DNA of 64,000 nucleotides, from assembly GCA_905233625.1 (NCBI GenBank), contig CAJOFJ010000009.1, forward strand, positions 14,492 to 78,491. The letters are read 5' to 3'. Positions 52,542 through 61,435 of the stretch are shown here, one piece after another. Made by a program: the position numbers and the translations under genes. The stretch comes from an uncultured Bacteroidales bacterium. Its GTDB lineage: Bacteria; Bacteroidota; Bacteroidia; Bacteroidales; WCHB1-69. Each line of letters opens with the position of its first letter. Position 1 is the first letter of the stretch. The notes beneath the pieces are model-generated. The model saw only the letters and a list, made by a program, of their open reading frames with translations, was not told the DNA's origin and ran no database searches.

Positions 52542-54320
52542 TTATTTCTGTGATAAAGCCTCCAACACTGTTTTGGCTTTCGCCGGACCGATGACCGCTG
52601 CCAACTCCTCTAAACTGGCATTCTCGATGTTTTTGACACTCTTGAAGTGGGTAAGGAGTTTTGTTTTCAGCACTTCGCCGATGCCGGGGATTTCGTCTAA
52701 GCGTGAGGCGATGCTGTGTTTAGCTCGGCGCTTGCGGTGATGCGTGATGCCGAAGCGGTGGGCCTCGTCGCGCAGGTGTTGCAGTAGCTTTTGCGCCTCC
52801 GATTTCTTGTCGATGAAAGTGGGCAGTTCATCTCCCACTTTGTAAATATCTTCCAGCCTCTTGGCGATGCCGATAATCATCAGCTGGTCCTCAATATGCA
52901 GGGCTTTCAGGGCACTGTAGCCTGCATTGAGCTGGCCTTTGCCGCCATCCACCATCAGCAGGTCGGGCAGCTCTTTGCCTTCTTCCAGAAGACGGTGATA
53001 ACGGCGATAGACCACCTCTTCCATAGAACCGAAGTCATCGGGACCGACCACGGTTTTGATGAGGAAATGGCGGTATTCTTTCTTGGCGGGCTTGCCGTCG
53101 ATGAAGCAGACCATTGAGGCCACAGGCTCCTCGCCTTGGGTATTCGAGTTATCGAAACACTCAATACGCCGTGGCAGCTTGTCCATATTCAGGGCTTTCT
53201 GCAGAGCGGTCAGCACCCGCAGATGTCGCCGCTCGGGATCCACCAACTCCTGGCGTTTTTTCTTTTCTAATTTATAATACTGGGCGTTTTTGTGAGAGAG
53301 TTCCAGCAGTTTGTATTTGTCACCACGCTGCGGCACAATGAAGTTGGTGCCTTCGGGAACCAGTTCAGGCATAAAGGGTACCACCACATCGGGAAACAGC
53401 GGCCCGAATTTATCCTCCACCGTCAGCATGCCCGTCAGCAACAAATCTTCTTCTGTCTTGTCTAATTTATTATTGATTTCAAAAGTATAAGATTGAATAA
53501 TCGCCCCATGCATAATGCGCAGGAAGTTGATGTAGCCGCTTTCTTCGTCGGTGTCCAACGACAAAACATCCAGGCGTGTGAGGTCAGGATTCACCACTAC
53601 CGACTTGCCGATGTAGTTGTCGAGTACTTCTAATTTTCGCTTGACGACCTGGGCTTTCTCAAATTCCCATTTTTCAGCATACTCCATCATCTGGTCTTTC
53701 AGCTTCTGCTGAACAATCTTGCTGTTGCCCTTGATGATGTCGATGATGCTTTTGATTTCCTCCTGATAATCCTCCTTGCTGATGAGTTTGGCGCAAGGGG
53801 CGGGGCATTTCCCGATTTGATGCTGGATGCAGGGACGGCTGTTCTGGGTCAGCCGGCGGCAAGTGCGCAGCGGAAACAGCTCCCGGATGGTATCCATCAG
53901 GGTGTTCAGATAATGCACAGAGGCATACGGCCCGAACAGCTGCATGGTGTTTTTGTCGGGATTGCGGGTGGAAAAAATGCGGGGGAAATCTTCTTTGGAG
54001 ACGGCTAACCAAGGATAGGTCTTGTCATCCTTGAGCATGATATTGTAGCGGGGTTTGTACTCCTTGATCATGCTGTTTTCCAACAGCAAAGCCTCCCATT
54101 CGCTGTTGACGACTGTGGTTTGGATATCCCTGATTTTGGAGACCATCACCCGCACTTTCCGGTTGTCGTGCTGCTTGTTGAAGTACGACGATACGCGGCG
54201 TTTGAGCTTCTTAGCCTTGCCGACATAAATGATGGTTCCTTCGTCATCAAAAAAACGATAAACCCCCGGCTTGTCGGGCAGGCTCTTCAAAATCAGAGAT
54301 ATCTTCTCACCATAGTCCAT
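52542..54320 (-). CDS. uvrC: Excinuclease ABC subunit C
   Basis: 592 aa with a GIY-YIG N-terminus (PGVYRF…IIYVGKAKKLKRR), a UVR domain and a C-terminal (HhH)2. Confidence 0.95.
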   Translation of the reverse strand: MDYGEKISLILKSLPDKPGVYRFFDDEGTIIYVGKAKKLKRRVSSYFNKQHDNRKVRVMVSKIRDIQTTVVNSEWEALLLENSMIKEYKPRYNIMLKDDKTYPWLAVSKEDFPRIFSTRNPDKNTMQLFGPYASVHYLNTLMDTIRELFPLRTCRRLTQNSRPCIQHQIGKCPAPCAKLISKEDYQEEIKSIIDIIKGNSKIVQQKLKDQMMEYAEKWEFEKAQVVKRKLEVLDNYIGKSVVVNPDLTRLDVLSLDTDEESGYINFLRIMHGAIIQSYTFEINNKLDKTEEDLLLTGMLTVEDKFGPLFPDVVVPFMPELVPEGTNFIVPQRGDKYKLLELSHKNAQYYKLEKKKRQELVDPERRHLRVLTALQKALNMDKLPRRIECFDNSNTQGEEPVASMVCFIDGKPAKKEYRHFLIKTVVGPDDFGSMEEVVYRRYHRLLEEGKELPDLLMVDGGKGQLNAGYSALKALHIEDQLMIIGIAKRLEDIYKVGDELPTFIDKKSEAQKLLQHLRDEAHRFGITHHRKRRAKHSIASRLDEIPGIGEVLKTKLLTHFKSVKNIENASLEELAAVIGPAKAKTVLEALSQK

Positions 54321-54341
54321 GATTTTTGAGGTAAGAATATT

Positions 54342-54455
54342 GATTCGTTTATACGTTAAGGCGTTAAGGCGTTAAGGCGTTAAGGCGATTTTTCTCGTCT
54401 TGACGAACGCACATAGTGCGTGACTTCACGCCTCCACGTCTTAACGTTTCTACGA
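54342..54455. repeat. Brick-type element: GATTCGTTTATACGTT leader (shared with 13425), CGTTAAGG x4 tandem octamer, imperfect inverted right arm
   Basis: gattcgtttatacgttaaggcgttaaggcgttaaggcgttaaggcg…cacgcctccacgtcttaacg. It fills the gap between uvrC and the DUF1015 gene. Confidence 0.8.
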
Positions 54456-54468
54456 CAAAATCAATTCT

Positions 54469-55740
54469 TTAAGCATTTAATTCGTGAATCACCAGACCTG
54501 ATCTCAGTTTCGGTTCGAACCAAGTGGTCTTCGGAGGCATGATGTTGCCAGAGTCGGCGATGTCGATAATCTGCTGCATGGAGACAGGATAGAGGGCGAA
54601 AGCCACCTTCATCTCGCCATTGTCCACGCGGCGTTTCAGTTCGCCCAAACCGCGGATACCGCCCACGAAGTCGATGCGCTTGTCGGTACGGAGGTCCTTG
54701 ATGCCGAGCACAGCGTCCAAAGCGTGGTCGCTCAGAATCTTCACATCCAATACGCCGATAGGATCCTTGTCATCGTAGGTGCCTTCCTTGGCAGTCATCT
54801 TGTACCATTTACCATCCAGGTACATGCTGAACTCGTGCAATTTGGCGGGCTTGTAAATTTCGGTACCCATTTCTTCCACCACGAATGCTTTGGTAAGGGC
54901 TTTCAGGAAGTCTTCCTTGCTGAGGCCATTGAGGTCTTTCACCACGCGGTTGTAGTCGATAATCTTCAGCTGATTGTCGGGGAAAATCACCGTCATGAAG
55001 AAGTTGTATTCCTCTTTGCCAGTGTGGTTGGGGTTGTGTTCTTTCTTTTCCTGTCCTACCAATGCGGCAGCGGCGCTACGGTGGTGACCGTCGGCGATGT
55101 ACATGGCGGGAACCTTGGTGGCGAACAACTCAACCAAACGGGCAATGGTAGCCTTGTCGTTGATGACCCAGAAACGGTGGCCGAAGCCGTCTTCCTTGGC
55201 GATGAAGTCGTATTCGGGAGCTTCGTGGCGAACGATGTTGTTCACGATAGCGTCGATTTCATCCACAGCGGGATAAGCGAAGAAAACGGGTTCCACATTG
55301 GCATTGGTGATGCGCACGTGTTTCATACGGTCTTCCTCTTTGTCCTTACGGGTCAACTCATGTTTCTTGATGATTTTGTTGACATAGTCTTCGCTGTAAG
55401 CGCAAGCCACGATACCATACTGCCAGTGAGCATCGGCATCTTTGGGGTTCATGCTCTGAGCGTAGATATACAGTTTGTCTTCCTCATCGCGTTTCAGCCA
55501 GCCGTAATCCTTGAAGCTGTTGAAGTTCTTCACCACCTGAAGATAAACTTCGGGAGAGTGCTCGTCGGTGCCAACGGGCAGGTCAATCTCAGCCTTGGTG
55601 ACATGCAGCAGGCTGTACGGATTGCCTTCGGCTTCCTTGCGTGCTTCTTCGGAGTTCAGCACGTCGTAGGGACGTGAGGCTAACTTTTCTACGATTTCTT
55701 TGGGAGGACGTAATCCCTTAAAAGCTTTGATAACTGACAT
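54469..55740 (-). CDS. DUF1015 family protein
   Basis: 423 aa. N-terminus MSVIKAFKGLRPPKEIVEKLASRPYDVL and the internal IADGHHR motif are typical of the family. Confidence 0.65.
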   Translation of the reverse strand: MSVIKAFKGLRPPKEIVEKLASRPYDVLNSEEARKEAEGNPYSLLHVTKAEIDLPVGTDEHSPEVYLQVVKNFNSFKDYGWLKRDEEDKLYIYAQSMNPKDADAHWQYGIVACAYSEDYVNKIIKKHELTRKDKEEDRMKHVRITNANVEPVFFAYPAVDEIDAIVNNIVRHEAPEYDFIAKEDGFGHRFWVINDKATIARLVELFATKVPAMYIADGHHRSAAAALVGQEKKEHNPNHTGKEEYNFFMTVIFPDNQLKIIDYNRVVKDLNGLSKEDFLKALTKAFVVEEMGTEIYKPAKLHEFSMYLDGKWYKMTAKEGTYDDKDPIGVLDVKILSDHALDAVLGIKDLRTDKRIDFVGGIRGLGELKRRVDNGEMKVAFALYPVSMQQIIDIADSGNIMPPKTTWFEPKLRSGLVIHELNA

Positions 55741-55774
55741 AATACTTATATTTAAGGTTGATAAATTCTGCTGG

Positions 55775-55782
55775 CAAAGATA
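55775..55782 (-). promoter_or_regulatory. -7 box TATCTTTG (minus strand) for the DUF1015 gene
   Basis: Plus strand reads caaagata, 35 nt from the start codon. Confidence 0.45.
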
Positions 55783-55790
55783 CGAATTAT

Positions 55791-55920
55791 TTTAATGTGC
55801 CAATGAGTTAATATGCTAATGTGCCAATGAATAATTCAAAATTCAAAGTTCAAGATTCAGAATATGTAACATATTGTCTATTTTTGAATTCTGAATTTTG
55901 AATTCTGAATTTTGAATTTC
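55791..55920. repeat. GTGCCAATGA words plus a TTCAAAR heptamer array and its inverted copy (hairpin) in a divergent promoter region
   Basis: Left arm aattcaaaattcaaagttcaagattcagaat (55834-55863). Right arm tttttgaattctgaattttgaattctgaattttgaattt (55881-55919). Confidence 0.8.
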
Positions 55921-55953
55921 AATAGAAGAATCCCATGTAACCGAAAATTTTTG

Positions 55954-55961
55954 TACTTTTG
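55954..55961 (+). promoter_or_regulatory. -7 box TACTTTTG for recG, within the block CCGAAAATTTTTGTACTTTTG
   Basis: The block matches the reverse complement of the 15364-15390 and 20101-20127 promoter blocks. Confidence 0.5.
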
Positions 55962-55981
55962 TAAGTTATTTTTAGAAATAT

Positions 55982-58096
55982 ATGATGACCCAGGTCGATT
56001 TATTGGAAACCCCTATAGAATTCCTGAAAGGAGTGGGACCGAAGCGTGCAGATATTCTGCGAAAGGAGTTCAATATCTTCACCTTTGGTGACCTGTTGTT
56101 GTATTATCCTTATCGCCATATCGATAAGTCGAAGATTTATCATATCGCTGATATTCAGTCGGAAGGAGCGTATATTCAGCTGAAAGGAAAAATTGTGTCG
56201 GTGGAACTGGTGGGACAGCAGAGAGGGAAAAGGTTGGTGGCGCAGTTTGCGGATGAGACTGGTTCCATAGAGTTGGTGTGGTTCAACGGTATCAAGTGGG
56301 TGGAGGATATGCTGAGGGAAAACCGGGAGTTCATCGTTTTCGGGAAGCCGACGCAGTTCAACCGCCGCTGGAATATCACCCATCCGGAGCTGATAGACCC
56401 CAAAAACCAGCCACAGTCGCTGGTGCCGACCAATTTCCAGCCACTGTATAACACCTCCGATAAGGCCAAGCGTGCCGGATTGGACTCCAAGGCGATTTCG
56501 AAGATGGTGATGTCGTTGCTGCCTCAAGTGAAAGATGTCATCGGTGAGCGTCTGTCGGGAGAGATTCTGGCGAAACTGAAGCTGATGCCGCTGAAGGAGG
56601 CCATGTGCAATATTCACTATCCTGCTGACATGCAGGCCCTTTCTCAGGCACAGTTGCGACTCAAATTCGACGAGTTGTTTTTTACACAGTTGAAATTATT
56701 GAAGTTAAAGCTGTTAAACTCAAAGAAATACAAGGGTCATGTGTTTTCAGTGGTGGGCGATTATTTCAATACTTTCTATAAAAATTATCTGCCTTTCCCG
56801 TTGACGAATGCGCAAAAGCGCGTAATCAAAGAAATCCGGGCGGATATGGGCAGCGGAAGGCAGATGAACCGCCTGCTGCAAGGCGATGTGGGTAGCGGCA
56901 AGACCATCACGGCATTGCTGCTGATGCTGATTGCCAAGGACAATGGCTTCCAGTCGTGCTTGATGGCCCCGACCGAAATTCTGGCCACCCAGCATTTCGA
57001 GACAATCAAGCGCTTCTTGTCCTCTATGAACATGAGAGTCGAATTCCTGTCGGGTTCAACGAAAAGTGCCAAACGGCGTGAGTTGCACGAGGCTCTGCGA
57101 AGCGGGGAAATAGACATTTTGATAGGTACACATGCTTTGATAGAGGATGAGGTGCAGTTCAAGAACCTGGGTTTTGTGGTGATTGACGAGCAGCACCGCT
57201 TCGGGGTGGAGCAGCGGGCCAAGTTGTGGAAGAAAAATCTGATACCTCCTCATATTTTGGTGATGACCGCCACGCCGATTCCGAGAACCTTGGCCATGAC
57301 TTTATATGGAGACCTCGATTTGTCTGTTATTGATGAATTGCCTAAAGGTCGAAAGCCAATTATCACCGCCCATTATTTCGAGAAGGACCGCTTGCGCCTG
57401 AATGGTTTTCTGGCGAAGGAAATAGCGAAAGGTCGGCAGGTGTTTGTGGTGTATCCGCTCATCAAGGAATCGGAGAAAATGGACTTGCAGGACCTGATGG
57501 CGGGTTATGAGGCCATGTCGCAGGCTTTTCCGTTGCCGAAATATGCTTTGGGCATTGTGCATGGCAAGATGAAACAGGAGGAGAAGGATTTCGAGATGCA
57601 GCGCTTTATCCGGAAAGAAACCCAGATATTGCTTTCCACCACGGTGATAGAGGTGGGCATCGATGTGCCCAATGCCACAGTGATGGTGGTGGAGAATGCC
57701 GAGCGTTTCGGTCTGTCGCAGTTGCATCAGCTGCGCGGCAGGGTAGGGCGTGGTGGCGAGCAGTCGTACTGCATCCTCATGTCCGGCAACAAACTGTCCA
57801 ACGAGAGCAAACAGCGCCTCAACGCCATGGTGTCCACGAACGACGGTTTTGAGATTGCCAATATCGACCTCAAGTTGCGTGGTCCCGGCGACTTGCAAGG
57901 TACGCAGCAGAGCGGCATTCTGGATTTTAAGATTGCTGATTTGGTGAGGGATGAGAAGCTGGTGGTGTACACCCGCAACTTAGCCATGAGCCTGCTCGAT
58001 AACGACCCCGACTTGTCCAAGCCTCAAAACGCTCCTATCGCCCGCCACCTCGCCGAGCTGATGAAGAGAAATGTTTATTGGGGGATGATAAGCTGA
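55982..58096 (+). CDS. recG: ATP-dependent DNA helicase RecG
   Basis: 704 aa with a wedge domain, helicase motifs GDVGSGKT and DEQHRFG, and TATPIPRT. Confidence 0.95.
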   Translation: MMTQVDLLETPIEFLKGVGPKRADILRKEFNIFTFGDLLLYYPYRHIDKSKIYHIADIQSEGAYIQLKGKIVSVELVGQQRGKRLVAQFADETGSIELVWFNGIKWVEDMLRENREFIVFGKPTQFNRRWNITHPELIDPKNQPQSLVPTNFQPLYNTSDKAKRAGLDSKAISKMVMSLLPQVKDVIGERLSGEILAKLKLMPLKEAMCNIHYPADMQALSQAQLRLKFDELFFTQLKLLKLKLLNSKKYKGHVFSVVGDYFNTFYKNYLPFPLTNAQKRVIKEIRADMGSGRQMNRLLQGDVGSGKTITALLLMLIAKDNGFQSCLMAPTEILATQHFETIKRFLSSMNMRVEFLSGSTKSAKRRELHEALRSGEIDILIGTHALIEDEVQFKNLGFVVIDEQHRFGVEQRAKLWKKNLIPPHILVMTATPIPRTLAMTLYGDLDLSVIDELPKGRKPIITAHYFEKDRLRLNGFLAKEIAKGRQVFVVYPLIKESEKMDLQDLMAGYEAMSQAFPLPKYALGIVHGKMKQEEKDFEMQRFIRKETQILLSTTVIEVGIDVPNATVMVVENAERFGLSQLHQLRGRVGRGGEQSYCILMSGNKLSNESKQRLNAMVSTNDGFEIANIDLKLRGPGDLQGTQQSGILDFKIADLVRDEKLVVYTRNLAMSLLDNDPDLSKPQNAPIARHLAELMKRNVYWGMIS

Positions 58097-58105
58097 AATT
58101 TTTTG

Positions 58106-58113
58106 TATCTTTG
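58106..58113 (+). promoter_or_regulatory. -7 box TATCTTTG for moxR
   Basis: 62 nt upstream of the ATG at 58175. Confidence 0.45.
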
Positions 58114-58174
58114 TAAAATATTTCAGTAGGAAATATCGTTTGTAATCTTTGGAAAAAAACAATTACAATATACT

Positions 58175-59170
58175 ATGAATAGCACAATTGATATCAGAGA
58201 ATTGAACGAGCGCATACAGCGCGAAAGCTCCTTCGTTGACATGATCAACATGGAGATGGGCAAGGTGATTGTGGGACAAAAAGCTATGGTGGAACGCCTG
58301 CTTATCGGCTTGCTGTCCAATGGCCATATCTTGCTGGAAGGTGTTCCTGGTTTGGCAAAAACATTGGCTATCAAATCTTTGTCAAATGTGATTGATGCCA
58401 AGTTTAGCCGTATCCAGTTTACTCCCGACCTCTTGCCGGCCGACTTGCTGGGTACCATGATTTACAGTCAGAAAAATGAGAACTTCGTGGTGAAAAAAGG
58501 CCCTATTTTCGCCAATTTCATCCTCGCCGACGAAATCAACCGTGCTCCCGCCAAGGTGCAGAGCGCCTTGCTTGAAGCCATGCAGGAGCGTCAGGTGACC
58601 ATCGGCGAAACGACCTTCAAACTGGAGGAACCTTTCCTCGTGATGGCTACGCAGAACCCCATTGAGCAGGAAGGTACTTATCCGCTGCCCGAAGCCCAGG
58701 TGGACCGTTTCATGATGAAGGTGGTGATTTCTTATCCTTCGAAAGCTGAGGAGAAAGACATTCTGTTCCAGCATCTGGAAAACAAATTCCCCACTACCAA
58801 TACCGTCTTGAAACCGGAAGATATCATCAAGGCCCGCCAGGTGGTGAAAGAGGTGTATATCGATGAGAAAATCTCCAATTATATTGCCGATATCGTATTT
58901 GCAACCCGTTATCCTGCTGATTATAAGCTGGATAAGTTCGCTAACATGATTTCCTATGGCGCCTCTCCGCGTGCCACCATCAATCTGGCTTTGGCAGCTC
59001 AGGCATACGCCTTCATCAAGCGCCGTGGTTATGTGATTCCAGAGGATATTCGCGCCATCTGCCACGATGTGATGCGTCATCGTATCGGTTTGTCGTACGA
59101 GGCTGAAGCTGAGAACATCACCAGCGACAATATCATCAGCGAAATCCTGAATACTGTAGAAGTTCCGTAA
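58175..59170 (+). CDS. MoxR family AAA+ ATPase
   Basis: 331 aa. Walker A GVPGLAKT, Walker B LADEINRA and the PEAQ.DRF motif. Confidence 0.9.
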   Translation: MNSTIDIRELNERIQRESSFVDMINMEMGKVIVGQKAMVERLLIGLLSNGHILLEGVPGLAKTLAIKSLSNVIDAKFSRIQFTPDLLPADLLGTMIYSQKNENFVVKKGPIFANFILADEINRAPAKVQSALLEAMQERQVTIGETTFKLEEPFLVMATQNPIEQEGTYPLPEAQVDRFMMKVVISYPSKAEEKDILFQHLENKFPTTNTVLKPEDIIKARQVVKEVYIDEKISNYIADIVFATRYPADYKLDKFANMISYGASPRATINLALAAQAYAFIKRRGYVIPEDIRAICHDVMRHRIGLSYEAEAENITSDNIISEILNTVEVP

Positions 59171-59342
59171 TAGGGATTAGGTGTTAGGGATCAGGGGTTA
59201 GTCATTAAGAATTCAAAATTCAAAGTTCAAAATTCATTATCCTATAATCTTGTAATCATAAAAACTCCCCTCGAGCACAAAGTGCGAGACTCCCCTTTGG
59301 ATGCGTGCATCCAACTCCCCTCGAACGAAGTGAGACTCCCCC
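59171..59342. repeat. Composite repeat inserted between moxR and the DUF58 gene: TAGGGAT heptamers, TTCAAAR heptamers, ATCCTATAATCTTGTAATCA leader, ACTCCCC bricks
   Basis: All four repeat vocabularies occur in series. 59237-59305 is a near copy of 9933-10005. Confidence 0.85.
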
Positions 59343-59379
59343 AACCCTTCTAACCATACAAAACCACTAAGCTTAAAAC

Positions 59380-60243
59380 ATGGATTCAACGGAATTACTA
59401 AAGAAAGTTCGAAAGATAGAAATCCGCACCAAGGCGCTGTCGCAGCAGATTTTTGCGGGCGAGTACCATAGTGCGTTCAAGGGGCGTGGTATGGCGTTCA
59501 GCGAGGTGCGCGAGTACCAGTATGGCGACGATGTGCGCTTTATCGACTGGAATGTGACCGCCCGTCTGAACCATCCGTATGTCAAGATTTTCGAGGAGGA
59601 ACGCGAGCTGACGGTTATGCTGCTCATCGACGTGAGCGGCTCCAACCTTTTCGGTACCCGCAATGAGTTCAAGGCTGACCTGATTACCGAGTTGGCTGCG
59701 GTGCTGTCATTTTCGGCTATCAACAACAACGACAAAGTGGGCGTTATTTTCTTCAGTGACAGGGTGGAGAAATTCATTCCCCCTAAGAAAGGCCGTTCGC
59801 ATATTTTGCGTATCATCAGAGAGTTGGTGGATTATAAACCCTCGCAGGTCAAGACTGATTTGGCGGAGCCGTTGCGCTACCTCACCAATGCCATCAAGAA
59901 AAAATGCACCGCTTTTGTCATTTCAGACTTTGTGAACTGTGACTTCGAGCAGGCTTTAAAAATTGCCTCCAAGAAGCATGACATTGTGGCTTTGCATGTT
60001 ATGGATCGTGGCGAGTCGCAATTGCCCGATTTGGGCCTCATGCAACTCAAAGACCCTGAAACCGGCAAGTACAGCCTGACCGATACTTCCGACCGCCTGA
60101 CCCGTATGGCTTACGAGCATTGGTGGAAGCGCCAGCAGGAAAAGAATGCCGAGCTGTTCAGGAAGGTAGGGGTGGATGTGGCCGATTTCTATACCGATCG
60201 CGATTATGTAAAAGAGCTGATCGCTTTGTTCAAAAGAAGATAA
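59380..60243 (+). CDS. DUF58 domain-containing protein (MoxR-associated)
   Basis: 287 aa. GEYHSAFKGRGMAFSEVREYQYGDDVR.IDW is the DUF58 signature. Confidence 0.85.
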   Translation: MDSTELLKKVRKIEIRTKALSQQIFAGEYHSAFKGRGMAFSEVREYQYGDDVRFIDWNVTARLNHPYVKIFEEERELTVMLLIDVSGSNLFGTRNEFKADLITELAAVLSFSAINNNDKVGVIFFSDRVEKFIPPKKGRSHILRIIRELVDYKPSQVKTDLAEPLRYLTNAIKKKCTAFVISDFVNCDFEQALKIASKKHDIVALHVMDRGESQLPDLGLMQLKDPETGKYSLTDTSDRLTRMAYEHWWKRQQEKNAELFRKVGVDVADFYTDRDYVKELIALFKRR

Positions 60244-60259
60244 ATCTGATTTCAAGAAT

Positions 60260-61000
60260 ATGATTGAAGAAGGTCGTTTTTTAATGCCGATACAGGTGCC
60301 GATTCACATGGTGGACAGCCGTGTGGAGATGACGCCGGTGTCCCTTTTTTGCATTCTGCAGGAATCCGCTGCCGCCCATTGCGACTACTTTCATCTGAGT
60401 GGTATTGATTTGAAACCCTATAACCTTTTTTGGGTGCTTACTCGCATGCATGTGCAGATTGAGCGAATGCCGAAATGGCATGAGAAACTGACCATCAAAA
60501 CCTGGGAGAAACCCCATAGTTTCATCTCCCAGCCCCGTGATTTTTTGGTGTTTGATGAAGCGGGAGAGATTGTTGTCAGGGGCACTTCCATTTGGGCTAT
60601 TATCGATAAGGAGTCGAAACCCGTGCAACTGGAGGACTTTGACCGGCCCGACCGTTTTCCCCTCAAAGACGATGCCATGACGGTCAAGGCATTTCCCCGC
60701 CTGCCGGGTGCTCCATTGTCTGAAAATCCGGTGCTCCACGAAGTACAGCATTCAGACATCGACCTCAATGAGCATGTCAACAACACAAAATACCTGCAAT
60801 GGATGATGGACGATATGGGGCATGATTTCTTCCTGCACCACGATGTCAGGGAGGTGTCCGTGCATTTCATCTCGCAGCTTTTTCCCAATGACCAGTATTC
60901 CATCAGTCATCAGTCCATCGACGAGAACGGTTCGGTTCACTCCATCTATGCCGCCGACGACCAGCGCGAGGTCTGCCGCATTTGGATGAAAGTTAAATAG
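60260..61000 (+). CDS. Acyl-[acyl-carrier-protein] thioesterase family protein
   Basis: 246 aa with a double hot-dog layout. The N-terminal half has W.LTRM.V…P.W, and the C-terminal half has D.D.N.HVNN.KY. Confidence 0.65.
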   Translation: MIEEGRFLMPIQVPIHMVDSRVEMTPVSLFCILQESAAAHCDYFHLSGIDLKPYNLFWVLTRMHVQIERMPKWHEKLTIKTWEKPHSFISQPRDFLVFDEAGEIVVRGTSIWAIIDKESKPVQLEDFDRPDRFPLKDDAMTVKAFPRLPGAPLSENPVLHEVQHSDIDLNEHVNNTKYLQWMMDDMGHDFFLHHDVREVSVHFISQLFPNDQYSISHQSIDENGSVHSIYAADDQREVCRIWMKVK

Positions 61001-61148
61001 CCGTTGCGCCATTCGAGAACTGTTTTACACTTTTCCATACCCTTTTTCATCTTTTCCAATCACTGCGTATACTATCTTCCTTTATTTCCTTTTTATTCTC
61101 TTCGAGAATAAGATTATTCTTTATAGTTTCCGTATCAATAAAAATGTG

Positions 61149-61156
61149 TATATTTG
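61149..61156 (+). promoter_or_regulatory. -7 box TATATTTG upstream of a small plus-strand ORF region
   Basis: TAnnTTTG lies 49 nt upstream of the ATG at 61205. Confidence 0.4.
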
Positions 61157-61204
61157 TGTTTTTTTTAAGGAGTACAATTACTGACACGAAAATAGAAAGG
61201 AAAT

Positions 61205-61364
61205 ATGGACAATCAAGTGCGAGTACGAGACGAAGGATTTTTACGACCGTTGTTTCGGAAGCATCAGCGACAGAACGATAACCATGCCTGATGAGTTTAA
61301 GCCCAATCAGGATTTTCTGGTGTACTATCGGGATCATTTGTTTGTAGTAATTTCAGAAAGGTGA
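61205..61364 (+). other. Possible frameshifted or non-ATG-initiated small ORF (MDNQ… then …KCEYETKDFYDRCFGSISDRTITMPDEFKPNQDFLVYYRDHLFVVISER*)
   Basis: The ATG frame stops after 28 codons. The adjacent frame (open from 61185 to 61364) reads protein-like but has no ATG before 61284. Confidence 0.25.
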
Positions 61365-61435
61365 AAGAAGTAAATCCCGTTAAAGTTTGTCAATGGTGAA
61401 GTGCTGAGGTAGATGTCGTATGAACATTTGAGAGG

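Noticed and set aside
52056-52553. ORFs 52056..52460 (-) and 52353..52553 (+) in the FISUMP-uvrC gap.
   Set aside because: They run through stacked hairpin repeats, have no promoter boxes, and one overlaps the 3' end of the FISUMP gene.
61047-61337. 96-aa minus-strand ORF between the thioesterase gene and recQ.
   Set aside because: It has no promoter or homolog-like features, and a plus-strand TAnnTTTG box and protein-like plus-strand frame occupy the same DNA. It is kept only as an unresolved alternative.
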